A stretch of 64,000 nucleotides of DNA from Candidatus Gastranaerophilales bacterium (GCA_963931575.1 OZ007029.1:189694-253693); one strand, 5' to 3'; shown: positions 8,114-17,050, counted from the first letter of the stretch. Translations and numbers: made by a program. Notes: generated by a model not told the origin, from the sequence alone.

Positions 8114-10093
8114 TTATGCTCCGTATAAATTGTTATATTCATCACTGCTTAAATACTTTTCAAGCCACTTCCGCTGTTCGGGATTAGTGCAACCATATTT
8201 CATTAACCATTCATATTTTTCATAATCTGCATTAAAAACAGGTACATTCATCTGTTGTTCTCTAAAGTTTAATTTGCGTTTTAGTGGTGTTTTAGTCTGT
8301 TCAAATTTTTCAATTTCAATAACTTCTTCCTGTTCAATCTCTATAGCTTCTGCTTTTTCTTTAGGGAAATACTTTAAGAACTCTTTTTTCACTCTCTTAA
8401 ATCTGCGTTGCTGTTTTTGTATTTGTTGCTTAAATTGTTCCATATCTTTTACTGTTCCTAAATGATTTGCCATTGGATGAACTTTTTCAACTTGTCTTGC
8501 GATACATAAAAATTCACCTTTTATTGAATACACAAGGACTTTTGAAAGGTCAAACAAACTGTATTTTATAAATACTTTTTCTCTTAAATCCAATAAATAA
8601 TCACTCCTATAATGCATTCCAAGAAATGTTATTCCATGTTTATTTATTGTTCTTACTTCAGTTTTCATCATAAGGTCGTTCAAAATACTTTTATCAATAT
8701 TCTCTTTTGAAATATCATTTAACATCTCTTGAATAGTTTTTGAACGGTTATTAGGACAAGGTTTTGAATTATGGTAATCGAGCCAGCAATCTATAAATTT
8801 TATTGTTTCTTGAATTGTTGGAATATAGTTTTTTGTTAACTTATTATGCATCTCTCTATGCAATTTTTCTCCTCGCTTCATCCAAGCAGGTTTATTTTCA
8901 ATACTTGTTCCTATATAACTTGTCATCATTTTTTCAAACTCTTCTTGAAATTCAAGAAAGAATCTTTCAATAACTTTTGCTCTTGCATTATATGGTTTTG
9001 CAAAAACTGATTTTATTCCAAGTTTTGTATAAATCCCATTAAACCCAGCTTCGTCAAAATCTATATTTTGAAAATATTTTGCTTTAAATGCTTTTCCGTT
9101 ATCTTGATAAACTACTTTTGGAATCAAGCCGAGATTTAAAATAGAATTTCTTAATGCACTTGCTATGCATTGAGTATTCTCACTCATCATAATTTCATAT
9201 CCGACTAATGCTGTTGATTTCCAATCTAAAAAGCCGACTAAAGTTGCTCTGGTCGGCTTTCCTGTAAATGGATTGATTATTTGAAAATTAAGAACATGTC
9301 CGTCAGCTATCAAAACATCTCCTACTTCAATTTTAGAAATATCTCGTTCTATATACGGTTCAATTTTATCGTGATATGCTTTTTCACCTTCTCTAAATAA
9401 AACCCACTTTGAATAATTGTTTTTCTTAAAATTCTCCGCAAATCTTCTGAATGTTAGATTACAAGGAATATTTTCATATCCTCGCTTTTCTAGAATATGT
9501 TTTGTTAAATTTATAGCTTTTCCGATACTAAATTTATTCGGGTATAACAAATATTTCAAAAATATCTGTTTCATCTCCTCATTCAAAATCGTATTATATT
9601 CACCTTGTTTATTAGTTTTGCGTTTTTGTAGAAGCCCGTCCGTTCCATAATTTTCAAACATCTTAACCCAACGATGGAGTGTTCCTATCGAAATTGAACC
9701 AACAAACTTATATATTTGGGGCAAATACATTCCACTGTTATATAAATCTAAAAATACTGAATCAGCCTCTTTTTTAGTTGGATATTTTTTACGAATATTA
9801 TATAAGGCAGTTACTATATCCACTCTTGCAAGTGCTGTTAATCTTGCATTTTCTGATACAAAATTCCCCTTGTTTTCAAACGAAACAATTGCTGTTGTTT
9901 TTAATTCTTCTTGATCTAATCTATCTTGTATCTCAGGTTCTAATGAAGAATAAAGAATTTCATACGATTTCCCGCCTCTTACTTCAACTTCTCTTGCAAT
10001 ATACTTACCTTGGTTAATTGCAAGTCTTATTGAACGTGTACTTTTTAATCCTTTTAATTCTGCGATTTTGTTAATATTTATATATTCGTCCAT
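8114..10093 (-). CDS. DDE transposase, MuA/TnsB/TniA-like
   Basis: N-terminal HTH (INKIAELKGLKSTRSIRLAINQGK); ADGHVLNF (D1); VYQDNGKAF (D2); AKVIERFF (E); Mu-type C-terminal barrel (INKHGITFLGMHY...KVFIKYSLFDLSKVLVY). Confidence 0.8.
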   Translation of the reverse strand: MDEYININKIAELKGLKSTRSIRLAINQGKYIAREVEVRGGKSYEILYSSLEPEIQDRLDQEELKTTAIVSFENKGNFVSENARLTALARVDIVTALYNIRKKYPTKKEADSVFLDLYNSGMYLPQIYKFVGSISIGTLHRWVKMFENYGTDGLLQKRKTNKQGEYNTILNEEMKQIFLKYLLYPNKFSIGKAINLTKHILEKRGYENIPCNLTFRRFAENFKKNNYSKWVLFREGEKAYHDKIEPYIERDISKIEVGDVLIADGHVLNFQIINPFTGKPTRATLVGFLDWKSTALVGYEIMMSENTQCIASALRNSILNLGLIPKVVYQDNGKAFKAKYFQNIDFDEAGFNGIYTKLGIKSVFAKPYNARAKVIERFFLEFQEEFEKMMTSYIGTSIENKPAWMKRGEKLHREMHNKLTKNYIPTIQETIKFIDCWLDYHNSKPCPNNRSKTIQEMLNDISKENIDKSILNDLMMKTEVRTINKHGITFLGMHYRSDYLLDLREKVFIKYSLFDLSKVLVYSIKGEFLCIARQVEKVHPMANHLGTVKDMEQFKQQIQKQQRRFKRVKKEFLKYFPKEKAEAIEIEQEEVIEIEKFEQTKTPLKRKLNFREQQMNVPVFNADYEKYEWLMKYGCTNPEQRKWLEKYLSSDEYNNLYGA

Positions 10094-10177
10094 ACATACA
10101 GATTAACTCTGAAGTCGGAAATGTGTTCCTTTTTTCCTTCTTTTGTATCATTAGGACATAATTTTATTCAATATACG

Positions 10178-10217
10178 AACCGGACTTTATTTACTTAAAA
10201 TGTCAAATATAATCGTT
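10178..10217 (+). repeat. Direct repeat copy 1 (aaccggactttatttacttaaaatgtcaaatataatcgtt)
   Basis: Identical to 12398-12435 except for a 2-bp TA indel. Lies 85 bp upstream of the transposase start. Confidence 0.9.
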
Positions 10218-10247
10218 GTATGTGTACAGATAAAAATACAAAAGATA

Positions 10248-10556
10248 TTAATTATTATTAGGTTTAGAATCAATATCAGTAGCTTCTATTTTGAAGATTA
10301 CCGGTCTTAATCCATCGTTGCAACTTACAATAGCAACTCCTTTTTCTTTAATCCAATCTCCATAATAAAAAACATCTTCAATTCCGTGAGAAAGTGCAAA
10401 TACATATTGATAAATAGCTTTCCACGCTTCATTACAAAATCCTTCGGGACATTCCCAATCTGCGTAAAATTCTTGTCCTTCTTTTAACATTGGACAAGCT
10501 GTTAAACCATCTACACCATATTGTTGTGAAAGTTCTTTATCAAAGTGCTTTTTCAA
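10248..10556 (-). CDS. small Cys-containing protein, TIGR04076-like
   Basis: 102 aa. CPMLKEGQEF...WECPEGFCNEAW...SCNDGLRPVIFKIE recalls the TIGR04076 family; this recognition is from memory. Confidence 0.45.
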   Translation of the reverse strand: MKKHFDKELSQQYGVDGLTACPMLKEGQEFYADWECPEGFCNEAWKAIYQYVFALSHGIEDVFYYGDWIKEKGVAIVSCNDGLRPVIFKIEATDIDSKPNNN

Positions 10557-10832
10557 AACAGTAATTTTGCATTTTTTAATATTACTATACTCCTTAATAG
10601 GATATTATATTAAAAATTTCTATTTTTTACACTTAATTTAGAAATGTTAACTTTATTTATTTGAGAATAAATATTTGATTAATTCTCCTTAAATATACAC
10701 AGTGAACTTTTCCAGTTTATAAAAATCACTTCTGACCCAAAATTAAATTTCAAATAATCATTTTATTCGAAGAAATAATCTAATTCAAAAGGTAGCATCT
10801 TACAAACTGTAAAGTAAAATGTGAAAACTAAA

Positions 10833-10862
10833 AATTCCACGGGCTATTAATTCCGTGGAATT
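10833..10862 (-). terminator. Rho-independent terminator after the flavoprotein gene
   Basis: aattccacgg...ccgtggaatt stem with a T-rich tail on the minus strand. Confidence 0.5.
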
Positions 10863-10922
10863 TTCAATATCTGAATACGCAAGGCACTTATATCTTTGCT
10901 TTTAGACTTAATGCATCATATC

Positions 10923-11558
10923 TTATTTTATAAAATTTGTGTAAATATAATTTTCAATATTTGGTAAATCGTGATTAGATTTAATATAAAATTCTTTCAT
11001 TTCTAAAAACCAAGCCATATTTGTACCTAATATTCTCATAGTCTGCAGACCTTCTTCATCTTTTTTAACATCTTCAGGCGTCCAACCATGAACCATATTC
11101 CAATATCTTGAAGATATAATAGGCATTTCTGACACTAAAAAATATTTATTTAATTGGTCTAAAGTTGCAGTTGTTCCTGCACGTCTTGCAGAAATTATTG
11201 CTGCACCGGGTTTAAGATAAAACCTCTTTTTATTGCTCAAAGAATCTGCAAAAAAGGCTCTATCTAAAAAAGGTACAATTATACCGCTGGCACTTGCATA
11301 GTGAACAGGAGAACCAAAAATAAATCCATCAGCATTTTCAGCTTTATCAAGGAATTCATTCACTTTATCGTTAATAACACATTTGCCTAATTTTGCACAA
11401 GCTCTGCAATCTCGGCAAGGAGAAATTGCATTTGTTCCAATATAAAATATTTCAGTTTCAATATTTTTTTGATTTAATACATTTGCGACTTCACATAAAG
11501 CAGTATAAGTACAGCCCTGTTTATGTGGTGAACCATTTAGTAAAAGAACTTTCATCAC
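10923..11558 (-). CDS. flavodoxin-like NAD(P)H-dependent FMN reductase / iron-sulfur flavoprotein
   Basis: MKVLLLNGSPHKQGCT N-terminus, CRDCRACAKLGKC cysteine cluster, FGSPVHYASASG. Confidence 0.7.
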   Translation of the reverse strand: MMKVLLLNGSPHKQGCTYTALCEVANVLNQKNIETEIFYIGTNAISPCRDCRACAKLGKCVINDKVNEFLDKAENADGFIFGSPVHYASASGIIVPFLDRAFFADSLSNKKRFYLKPGAAIISARRAGTTATLDQLNKYFLVSEMPIISSRYWNMVHGWTPEDVKKDEEGLQTMRILGTNMAWFLEMKEFYIKSNHDLPNIENYIYTNFIK

Positions 11559-11938
11559 TACTCTCCATAAGATAATGTATCATAAACTTTTGCAACAATT
11601 TTCCAATCACCGTTAATCTTATTCATAATTAATAAATCTGTGAATTTATACCCGTGCCAATTATCTTCAATAACCCTCACTACCGCAATGGTTTTTTCTA
11701 ACGTAATAACATCCACTCTTGCGACATAATCATCTGTGCAAGCCCCCATTTTATCTATAGTATCGTAGAAAAGTTGAATTGAACCTGATTGATATTCTTT
11801 TTCATTTAATTGACCATAGAAGCTTGCCTTTTCATAAAAATAAGGTTTTACAATTTCACTATTACCATTTTTAACAGCTTCAATAAATTTTCTTGCTAAA
11901 TTCTCAACTGTGTTGAATTCTTCTATTTGTTCTCTCAT
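11558..11938 (-). CDS. NTF2/SnoaL-like small protein
   Basis: 126 aa. Alpha+beta cone-like pattern (VRVIEDNWHGYKFTDLLIMNKINGDWKIV). Its stop overlaps the next gene's start. Confidence 0.4.
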   Translation of the reverse strand: MREQIEEFNTVENLARKFIEAVKNGNSEIVKPYFYEKASFYGQLNEKEYQSGSIQLFYDTIDKMGACTDDYVARVDVITLEKTIAVVRVIEDNWHGYKFTDLLIMNKINGDWKIVAKVYDTLSYGE

Positions 11939-12039
11939 ATAATCCTCCTTTACTTTTTACAAGAAGCATGATAAACTTTAGCGGTAATTTATTCAAGTAC
12001 GGATATTTAGGTAACCTACTTACTTTAAAGGAACCATTT

Positions 12040-12384
12040 ATGGAAAAAGAAGAAAAAGATTGCATAAATAGTGTTGAAAGTTTTGAAGAAACTGGATTTA
12101 ATTATACTCTATCTCTAATAAGCGGAAAATATAAACTAACAATTTTATATGCTCTATATAGACATAAAGTAATTCGCTTTAATCAATTACAAAAATATTT
12201 AAAAATGATTTCACATAAAACATTAAGTAATGTATTAAAAGAACTTGAAGCGGATGATTTAATCATAAGAAAAGAATATCCGCAAATTCCTCCTAAGGTT
12301 GAATATTCGTTATCGGAAAAAGGGAAATCACTTATTCCTATACTATATTCATTATGTGAATGGGGAGAGAAGCATAAAATTTAA
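12040..12384 (+). CDS. HxlR-family winged-helix transcriptional regulator
   Basis: LISGKYKLTILYALY...RFNQLQKYL..ISHKTLSNVLKELEADDLIIRKEY..IPPKVEYSLSEKG. ATG 12040 is preferred over the upstream extension in the track. Confidence 0.75.
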   Translation: MEKEEKDCINSVESFEETGFNYTLSLISGKYKLTILYALYRHKVIRFNQLQKYLKMISHKTLSNVLKELEADDLIIRKEYPQIPPKVEYSLSEKGKSLIPILYSLCEWGEKHKI

Positions 12385-12397
12385 AACTTTTTATAGT

Positions 12398-12435
12398 AAC
12401 CGGACTTTATTTACTTAAAATGTCAAATAATCGTT
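12398..12435 (+). repeat. Direct repeat copy 2
   Basis: Matches 10178-10217. Together the two copies bracket the 2.2-kb four-gene cassette. Confidence 0.9.
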
Positions 12436-12615
12436 TTAGCCGTACAAGTTAGATTGTGAGGGCGAAATAGACTATAACATTGATTTTAAAATAGAAAATT
12501 TAAGTCAATTCTTGGACAGTAATCGGACAATGATGACCAAGAAAAGACCCTTTTGTAACATGTAAAACGATTACTTCCGACCGCCAAAGTTCAAACACAA
12601 AGCCAACTTTGCCGA

Positions 12616-12725
12616 ATAATCTTTTTATGCGTTCAGATAAAATGTCCCGTTAAATTACATAAAATGTCCCGTTAAATTACAATAATCTTTTTATGCGTGC
12701 AGATAAAATGTCCCGTTAAATTACA
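12616..12725 (+). repeat. Tandem repeat block: 3 x 23 bp (ataaaatgtcccgttaaattaca) and 2 x 21 bp (aataatctttttatgcgtKcag)
   Basis: 23-mers lie at 12637-12659, 12659-12681 and 12703-12725. 21-mers lie at 12616-12636 and about 12682-12702. The last 23-mer ends in ACA, 45 bp from the tRNA 3' end. Confidence 0.9.
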
Positions 12726-12743
12726 ATTATATATCCAACAAAA

Positions 12744-12765
12744 AAGACCCGCTTCAGCGGGTCTT
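12744..12765 (-). terminator. Terminator of tRNA-Ser
   Basis: aagacccgc-ttca-gcgggtctt hairpin followed by a T-run on the minus strand. Confidence 0.7.
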
Positions 12766-12770
12766 AAATT

Positions 12771-12860
12771 CGGAGACGGAGAGATTCGAACTCTCGGTGC
12801 AGGTAGCCCCACACAACACCTTAGCAGGGTGCCGCCTTAAGCCAACTCGGCCACGTCTCC
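12771..12860 (-). tRNA. tRNA-Ser (anticodon GCU), class II with a long variable arm; no encoded CCA
   Basis: Reverse complement is GGAGACGTGGCCGAGTTGGCTTAAGGCGGCACCCTGCTAAGGTGTTGTGTGGGGCTACCTGCACCGAGAGTTCGAATCTCTCCGTCTCCG. It folds by hand: 7-bp acceptor stem, anticodon loop CTGCTAA, T-arm GAGAG-TTCGAAT-CTCTC. Confidence 0.9.
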
Positions 12861-12956
12861 TTCCTACATGATGTTACCTCCTCATACTATCACAAAAAAA
12901 CTTTTTTGCAAACTATTTCATTTTATAGTATGATATTTTTCAGAGGTTATTTAATT

Positions 12957-13472
12957 ATGATTGAAATGAAAGTTATGGGCATTGCCCTTGATACCCGCAC
13001 AGGCTCTCCTATAGTTGTTCTTCACGATAAACAAAACCGCCGTGCACTCCCTATCTGGATTGGTTCCGCTGAAGCCAGCGCTATTATCAGAAAAATCGAA
13101 AATCTTAATGTCGTTCGTCCTATGACACACGACCTTATTCCGGATATTATTCAAAAAACCGGCTACAAGCTTGACCGCGTTGAAATTAACGATGTTGAAC
13201 AGGAAACTTATTATGCTACACTTTTTCTCACAAAAGGTGATGAGGTCATAGAAATTGATTCCCGTCCATCAGATGCTATTGCCGTTGCAATCCGCGTTGA
13301 TGCGCCAATTTTTGTAACTGCAAATGTCCTCTCTAATGGCTCCGTTTCTACAGATTCTGCCAAGGATGAAGAAGAGGCTCAAGAATTCAAACAGTTTGTC
13401 CAAAGCATAAAACCGTCCGACTTTGAAAAGATGCTAAAAGATAACGGCGGACACTTTGAAAATGATCAGTGA
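12957..13472 (+). CDS. bifunctional nuclease family protein (DUF151)
   Basis: PIVVLHDKQNRRALPIWIGSAEASAI...RPMTHDL...RPSDAIAVAIRVDAPIFV. ATG 12957 follows an AGAGG SD. Confidence 0.7.
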   Translation: MIEMKVMGIALDTRTGSPIVVLHDKQNRRALPIWIGSAEASAIIRKIENLNVVRPMTHDLIPDIIQKTGYKLDRVEINDVEQETYYATLFLTKGDEVIEIDSRPSDAIAVAIRVDAPIFVTANVLSNGSVSTDSAKDEEEAQEFKQFVQSIKPSDFEKMLKDNGGHFENDQ

Positions 13473-13476
13473 ATAG

Positions 13477-13502
13477 AACGGGGCTTTTAAAAAAGCCCCG
13501 TT
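13477..13502. terminator. Bidirectional terminator
   Basis: aacggggctttt/aaaagccccgtt palindrome between convergent genes. Confidence 0.7.
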
Positions 13503-13507
13503 TTCAT

Positions 13508-14257
13508 TTATAATATATTTTCTAACCCGTAAGTAAAATCATTTTTTTCTGCAACGTGTCGGGTCGCAAGCAGGACTCCCTGCATATAACATTTCCTGTC
13601 CATTGAGTCATGGCGGATTTTCAGAATTTGCCCGCTTGAGCCGAAAATAACCTCCTGTGATGCAATATAGCCCGGCATACGTACTGAATGAATTTTGATA
13701 TCCGAATAAGAAGTTCCGCCGCGGGCGCCTTCTATTGTTTCAACTTCCGCGCAGTTGCCTTTCATAAACGTTGATTTCTCTTCTGACATCAATTTCGCTG
13801 TCTTTATTGCAGTTCCGGAAGGTGCATCTTTCTTCTGGTTATGGTGAAGTTCAATAATTTCCGCGTTATCAAAGTATTTTGCCGCCTGTTTGGCAAACAT
13901 CATCATTAAAACCGCACCTGTTGAAAAGTTCGGGGCTATAAGGCAGCCGGCGTTTTTTGTCTTGCTCAATCTTTCAAGCTCTTCAATTTGTGCGTCGTTC
14001 AGACCGGTTGTGCCGATTACGATTTTTATTCCGTTATTTAAGCAATATTTGGCGTTTTCAAAGATTGATTTTGGCTGGGTAAAGTCGATTACGATATCAA
14101 ATGGCTTAGCTTTGTAGGCTTCTTCAATAGTTTTATAAGTGTTTTCACCCATCAAATCAATTTGTGCGGTTAATTCCATATCTTCTGCATTGGTTACGGC
14201 TTCAACAACTTCTTTGCCCATTTTGCCCAGAGCGCCGCATACTGCGATTTTTATCAT
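13508..14257 (-). CDS. dapB: 4-hydroxy-tetrahydrodipicolinate reductase
   Basis: MIKIAVCGALGKMGKEV and ELHHNQKKDAPSGTA signature. Confidence 0.9.
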   Translation of the reverse strand: MIKIAVCGALGKMGKEVVEAVTNAEDMELTAQIDLMGENTYKTIEEAYKAKPFDIVIDFTQPKSIFENAKYCLNNGIKIVIGTTGLNDAQIEELERLSKTKNAGCLIAPNFSTGAVLMMMFAKQAAKYFDNAEIIELHHNQKKDAPSGTAIKTAKLMSEEKSTFMKGNCAEVETIEGARGGTSYSDIKIHSVRMPGYIASQEVIFGSSGQILKIRHDSMDRKCYMQGVLLATRHVAEKNDFTYGLENIL

Positions 14258-14272
14258 AATTCTACTCCTTTT

Positions 14273-14692
14273 TTACCTGCCGCGGCCGACGTTTTGCGAA
14301 ATTATATCAGATACAAATGGAACATACGTGTAAACTCCGAGGGCGGAAGTTATCATCAGGTATGCGATAAACAGATACATTACCATTTGTATTAGGGAAT
14401 AATTCATAAACAGCGGGGCGTTAAACAGGTAGTATATTTGCTGTGTGAATACTTTTATTATAGGGATGACCGAAAGTACATCGTTTATAATTCCGAGAAG
14501 CACATTCAATATAAACAGCAGGATTGAGATGAATATTGATTGAAAAATGTGGTATTTTACAAAACTGCTGGACTGAGATTTTGTAAATGCGCCTAATATC
14601 AGCCAGATAAAACCTATAAAGCCCATGGTTAAATAACTGAGAGAAACAACGATGCGTTCAATCAGGTAAGGGGAACGTTCTCTAAAACTCAC
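14273..14692 (-). CDS. small polytopic membrane protein (Tic20/DUF4870-like)
   Basis: 139 aa with four hydrophobic segments. The family call is tentative. Confidence 0.35.
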   Translation of the reverse strand: MSFRERSPYLIERIVVSLSYLTMGFIGFIWLILGAFTKSQSSSFVKYHIFQSIFISILLFILNVLLGIINDVLSVIPIIKVFTQQIYYLFNAPLFMNYSLIQMVMYLFIAYLMITSALGVYTYVPFVSDIISQNVGRGR

Positions 14693-15747
14693 GCAGCTTC
14701 TCCCGAGTTTTTCTGATCAACATATTCATCGAGCACCTGAACATAGATAAGTTTATATTCATCATTTTCAGGCGCTATTGTCATTGCAGATTTGTATGCG
14801 CCAAGTGCTGTTTCAGTTTCACCTTTTAAGTAGTGCGCGTTGCCCAGAAGCATATAAACTTCCGCATCATTAGGTTTAATTGTAAGAACCTTTTTGTACA
14901 AAGCCATTGCCTCGTCAAGGTGATTGAAGTTTGTATATAGATTTGCCAGAAGAACATAGGCATTGGTTTCTTTTGGTTGCAATTCAATTGCTTTATTGTA
15001 CATTCCGACAGCGACGTCATATTCTTCAAATTCAGAAAGTGCGATTGCGTAACAGATGTAAGCTTTATAGTTGTCGCCTTCCATTGTAAGAGCTTTTTCA
15101 AACCATGAATAAGCACCTTCGCGGTCTTTCATTAGAGTTAAGGTGTTAGCAACACAGAGTGCGACAATTTTGTTGTCGGAATTAAGTGCGAATACTTTTT
15201 TATAAAGTTCCAGAGCGGTCTGGTAATCGTATAACTTAAAGCAAACATTGCCCATATCAATGAGGGCTGTAATATTTTCCGGATCCAGCGAAAGTGCTTT
15301 TTCATAATAAGCTTTTGATTCAACGAACTCTTCAAAATCCTGATAAAGCAGTGCGATTGCGTTATAGATTTCAGGGTTTGTGGAATTCAAATCAATTGCG
15401 CGGTTGTAGTAGAAAAGAGCTTTTTGGAAATTTTTCCATTCTGCAAACACGTTACCCATGTTGTAATAAGTCAAATAGTTTTTAGGATTAAGTTCGAGGG
15501 CTTTGTTGAAGTACTGGAGAGATTTTCTGAAATCTTTTTCATAAAACCACATTGTACCCATTCCGATAAGCGCTCTTTCATCGTCAGGGTGTACGGTTAA
15601 TAAACTTTCAAGAACGGACATAACTTTGTCGTAATTTTGCTGTGCAAGATAAAGTTCTGAAAGTTTATGATAACCAGCTGCATCCTGCGGGTTTTTAGCC
15701 ATTTCAAGGATTGCTTCTTCTATTTGCTTATTGATATCTTTTACCAT
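14689..15747 (-). CDS. TPR-repeat protein
   Basis: Repeated A..Y..AL.L.P motifs throughout. ATG 15747 (MVKDINKQ) is preferred over the upstream GTG. Confidence 0.7.
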   Translation of the reverse strand: MVKDINKQIEEAILEMAKNPQDAAGYHKLSELYLAQQNYDKVMSVLESLLTVHPDDERALIGMGTMWFYEKDFRKSLQYFNKALELNPKNYLTYYNMGNVFAEWKNFQKALFYYNRAIDLNSTNPEIYNAIALLYQDFEEFVESKAYYEKALSLDPENITALIDMGNVCFKLYDYQTALELYKKVFALNSDNKIVALCVANTLTLMKDREGAYSWFEKALTMEGDNYKAYICYAIALSEFEEYDVAVGMYNKAIELQPKETNAYVLLANLYTNFNHLDEAMALYKKVLTIKPNDAEVYMLLGNAHYLKGETETALGAYKSAMTIAPENDEYKLIYVQVLDEYVDQKNSGEAA

Positions 15748-15829
15748 TTTGTCACCCAAAAAATAATGTATTACTCTTCTCAAGAGTAATCTTAGCACAT
15801 TATCTGGAAACTTGCAAGCCGTGAAGTTA

Positions 15830-16450
15830 CTAATTATTCAGGACATAGTCAGCTGCATTTGTTTTCGGGTAAATATGATCCATCTTAATTACTACAGGGA
15901 AAATATCTCTGATAGCGTCGCTTGTAACAGCGCAGGTGTTGGATAAATCGGTATCAACAGTACCTTCAGTACAGACAACGATTGAGTTAGGCCCTTTGTC
16001 ACCGTTAACATCAATGAAAGCATCGCAAGGGTGTGCATTTGTACATCCTGTAGCATCCATTATCGTAAGACTTCCTTCATCAAAGATTACCTGTGCGCCG
16101 TTTTTCATAAGATAAGTTTTACCCACATTAGCTTCCGTAAGGCTGTCTTTAGGCGCGTTTCTGGTTACTTCTTTTGCATTGTAGTGGTGTTCCATAAAAC
16201 GGTCGAGTGTAAATTCAGCTTCATTCGGTAGAGTTACGCTGTTAGAAACTTTTACAAAAGGGTGTTTGTTGACGTTTGCTGCAGTTGTTAACCCCTGTTG
16301 GATTTGTTCAAATGTTGATTTATATAATGTTTTATAAGCTTTTGTTCTGGCGCCTGAAATCTGATTTGGAATAACCAATCCGGCAACAATACCGATAACA
16401 GCCATAGCTATTAATACTTCGGAAAGTGAAAATGCTGATATCTTTTTCAT
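15830..16450 (-). CDS. type IV pilin/pseudopilin-like protein with a conventional short leader
   Basis: MKKISAFSLSEVLIAMAVIGIVAGLVIP prepilin-type N-terminus. VNGDKGPN motif is shared with the five-paralogue family. Confidence 0.7.
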   Translation of the reverse strand: MKKISAFSLSEVLIAMAVIGIVAGLVIPNQISGARTKAYKTLYKSTFEQIQQGLTTAANVNKHPFVKVSNSVTLPNEAEFTLDRFMEHHYNAKEVTRNAPKDSLTEANVGKTYLMKNGAQVIFDEGSLTIMDATGCTNAHPCDAFIDVNGDKGPNSIVVCTEGTVDTDLSNTCAVTSDAIRDIFPVVIKMDHIYPKTNAADYVLNN

Positions 16451-16603
16451 GTGGATAAAACTCCCTTTTGAATGCTTATAATTTATTATTTACTATTTGC
16501 GGTATATTGTCAACAACTTTTTGTTAAGAAATCTTAACGTGGCTGAGTTTAAAAACGCAATTTTTTGCAATATATAAACTTTATATAAAATAAGAGGATT
16601 ATT

Positions 16604-17029
16604 ATGAGTACAACAATTCAGCAAATATCAGCGATATTGAGTCAGTTGACGCCTTCGCAAAGGGCGGCGGTTTCAAGATATGTTGACTTGTCAAACGTTA
16701 ATATAATGACGCTGTCAGAAAAAGACGCACAGGTTCTTTTAATGCGCTTGAAAGCTGCTGTAGGCACGGTATCTAACCCGATAAAAGACGGTATGGACGC
16801 CCGTCAGGCTAAATTGGATGCTGCAAAGGCAGAGAAAACTTCTGTATGGGAAGATGCAAGAAAAGCTTATTATGCTCAGTTGAGTGTGTTAAACTCTGAA
16901 GATACCGTTGAAAATAAACAAAAGGCGGATGATTTATTCTTTGCAATGCAGCTTGCCGGCGAACACATGGTAGATGCGACAAAGCGCGCTAATAATTCTG
17001 CAATTCAGGGAATTATATTTAACGCATAA
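16604..17029 (+). CDS. hypothetical protein
   Basis: 141-aa ORF with an AGAGGA SD. No motif recognised. Confidence 0.4.
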   Translation: MSTTIQQISAILSQLTPSQRAAVSRYVDLSNVNIMTLSEKDAQVLLMRLKAAVGTVSNPIKDGMDARQAKLDAAKAEKTSVWEDARKAYYAQLSVLNSEDTVENKQKADDLFFAMQLAGEHMVDATKRANNSAIQGIIFNA

Positions 17030-17050
17030 TATAAAAGTTTAAACGAAAAA

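Larger units (their letters stand above)
4283..12725. mobile_element. Putative Mu/Tn7-like element segment; candidate right end at the ACA at 12725; left boundary not identified
   Basis: The transposase operon reads away from a repeat-rich region that ends 45 bp from the 3' end of tRNA-Ser. I could not find inverted copies of the end repeats in the window. Confidence 0.3.

Noticed and set aside
12906-12956. TTG-initiated 17-codon extension of the DUF151 nuclease gene
   Set aside because: The hydrophobic extension has no SD. ATG 12957 follows AGAGG at appropriate spacing and matches the usual family N-terminus.
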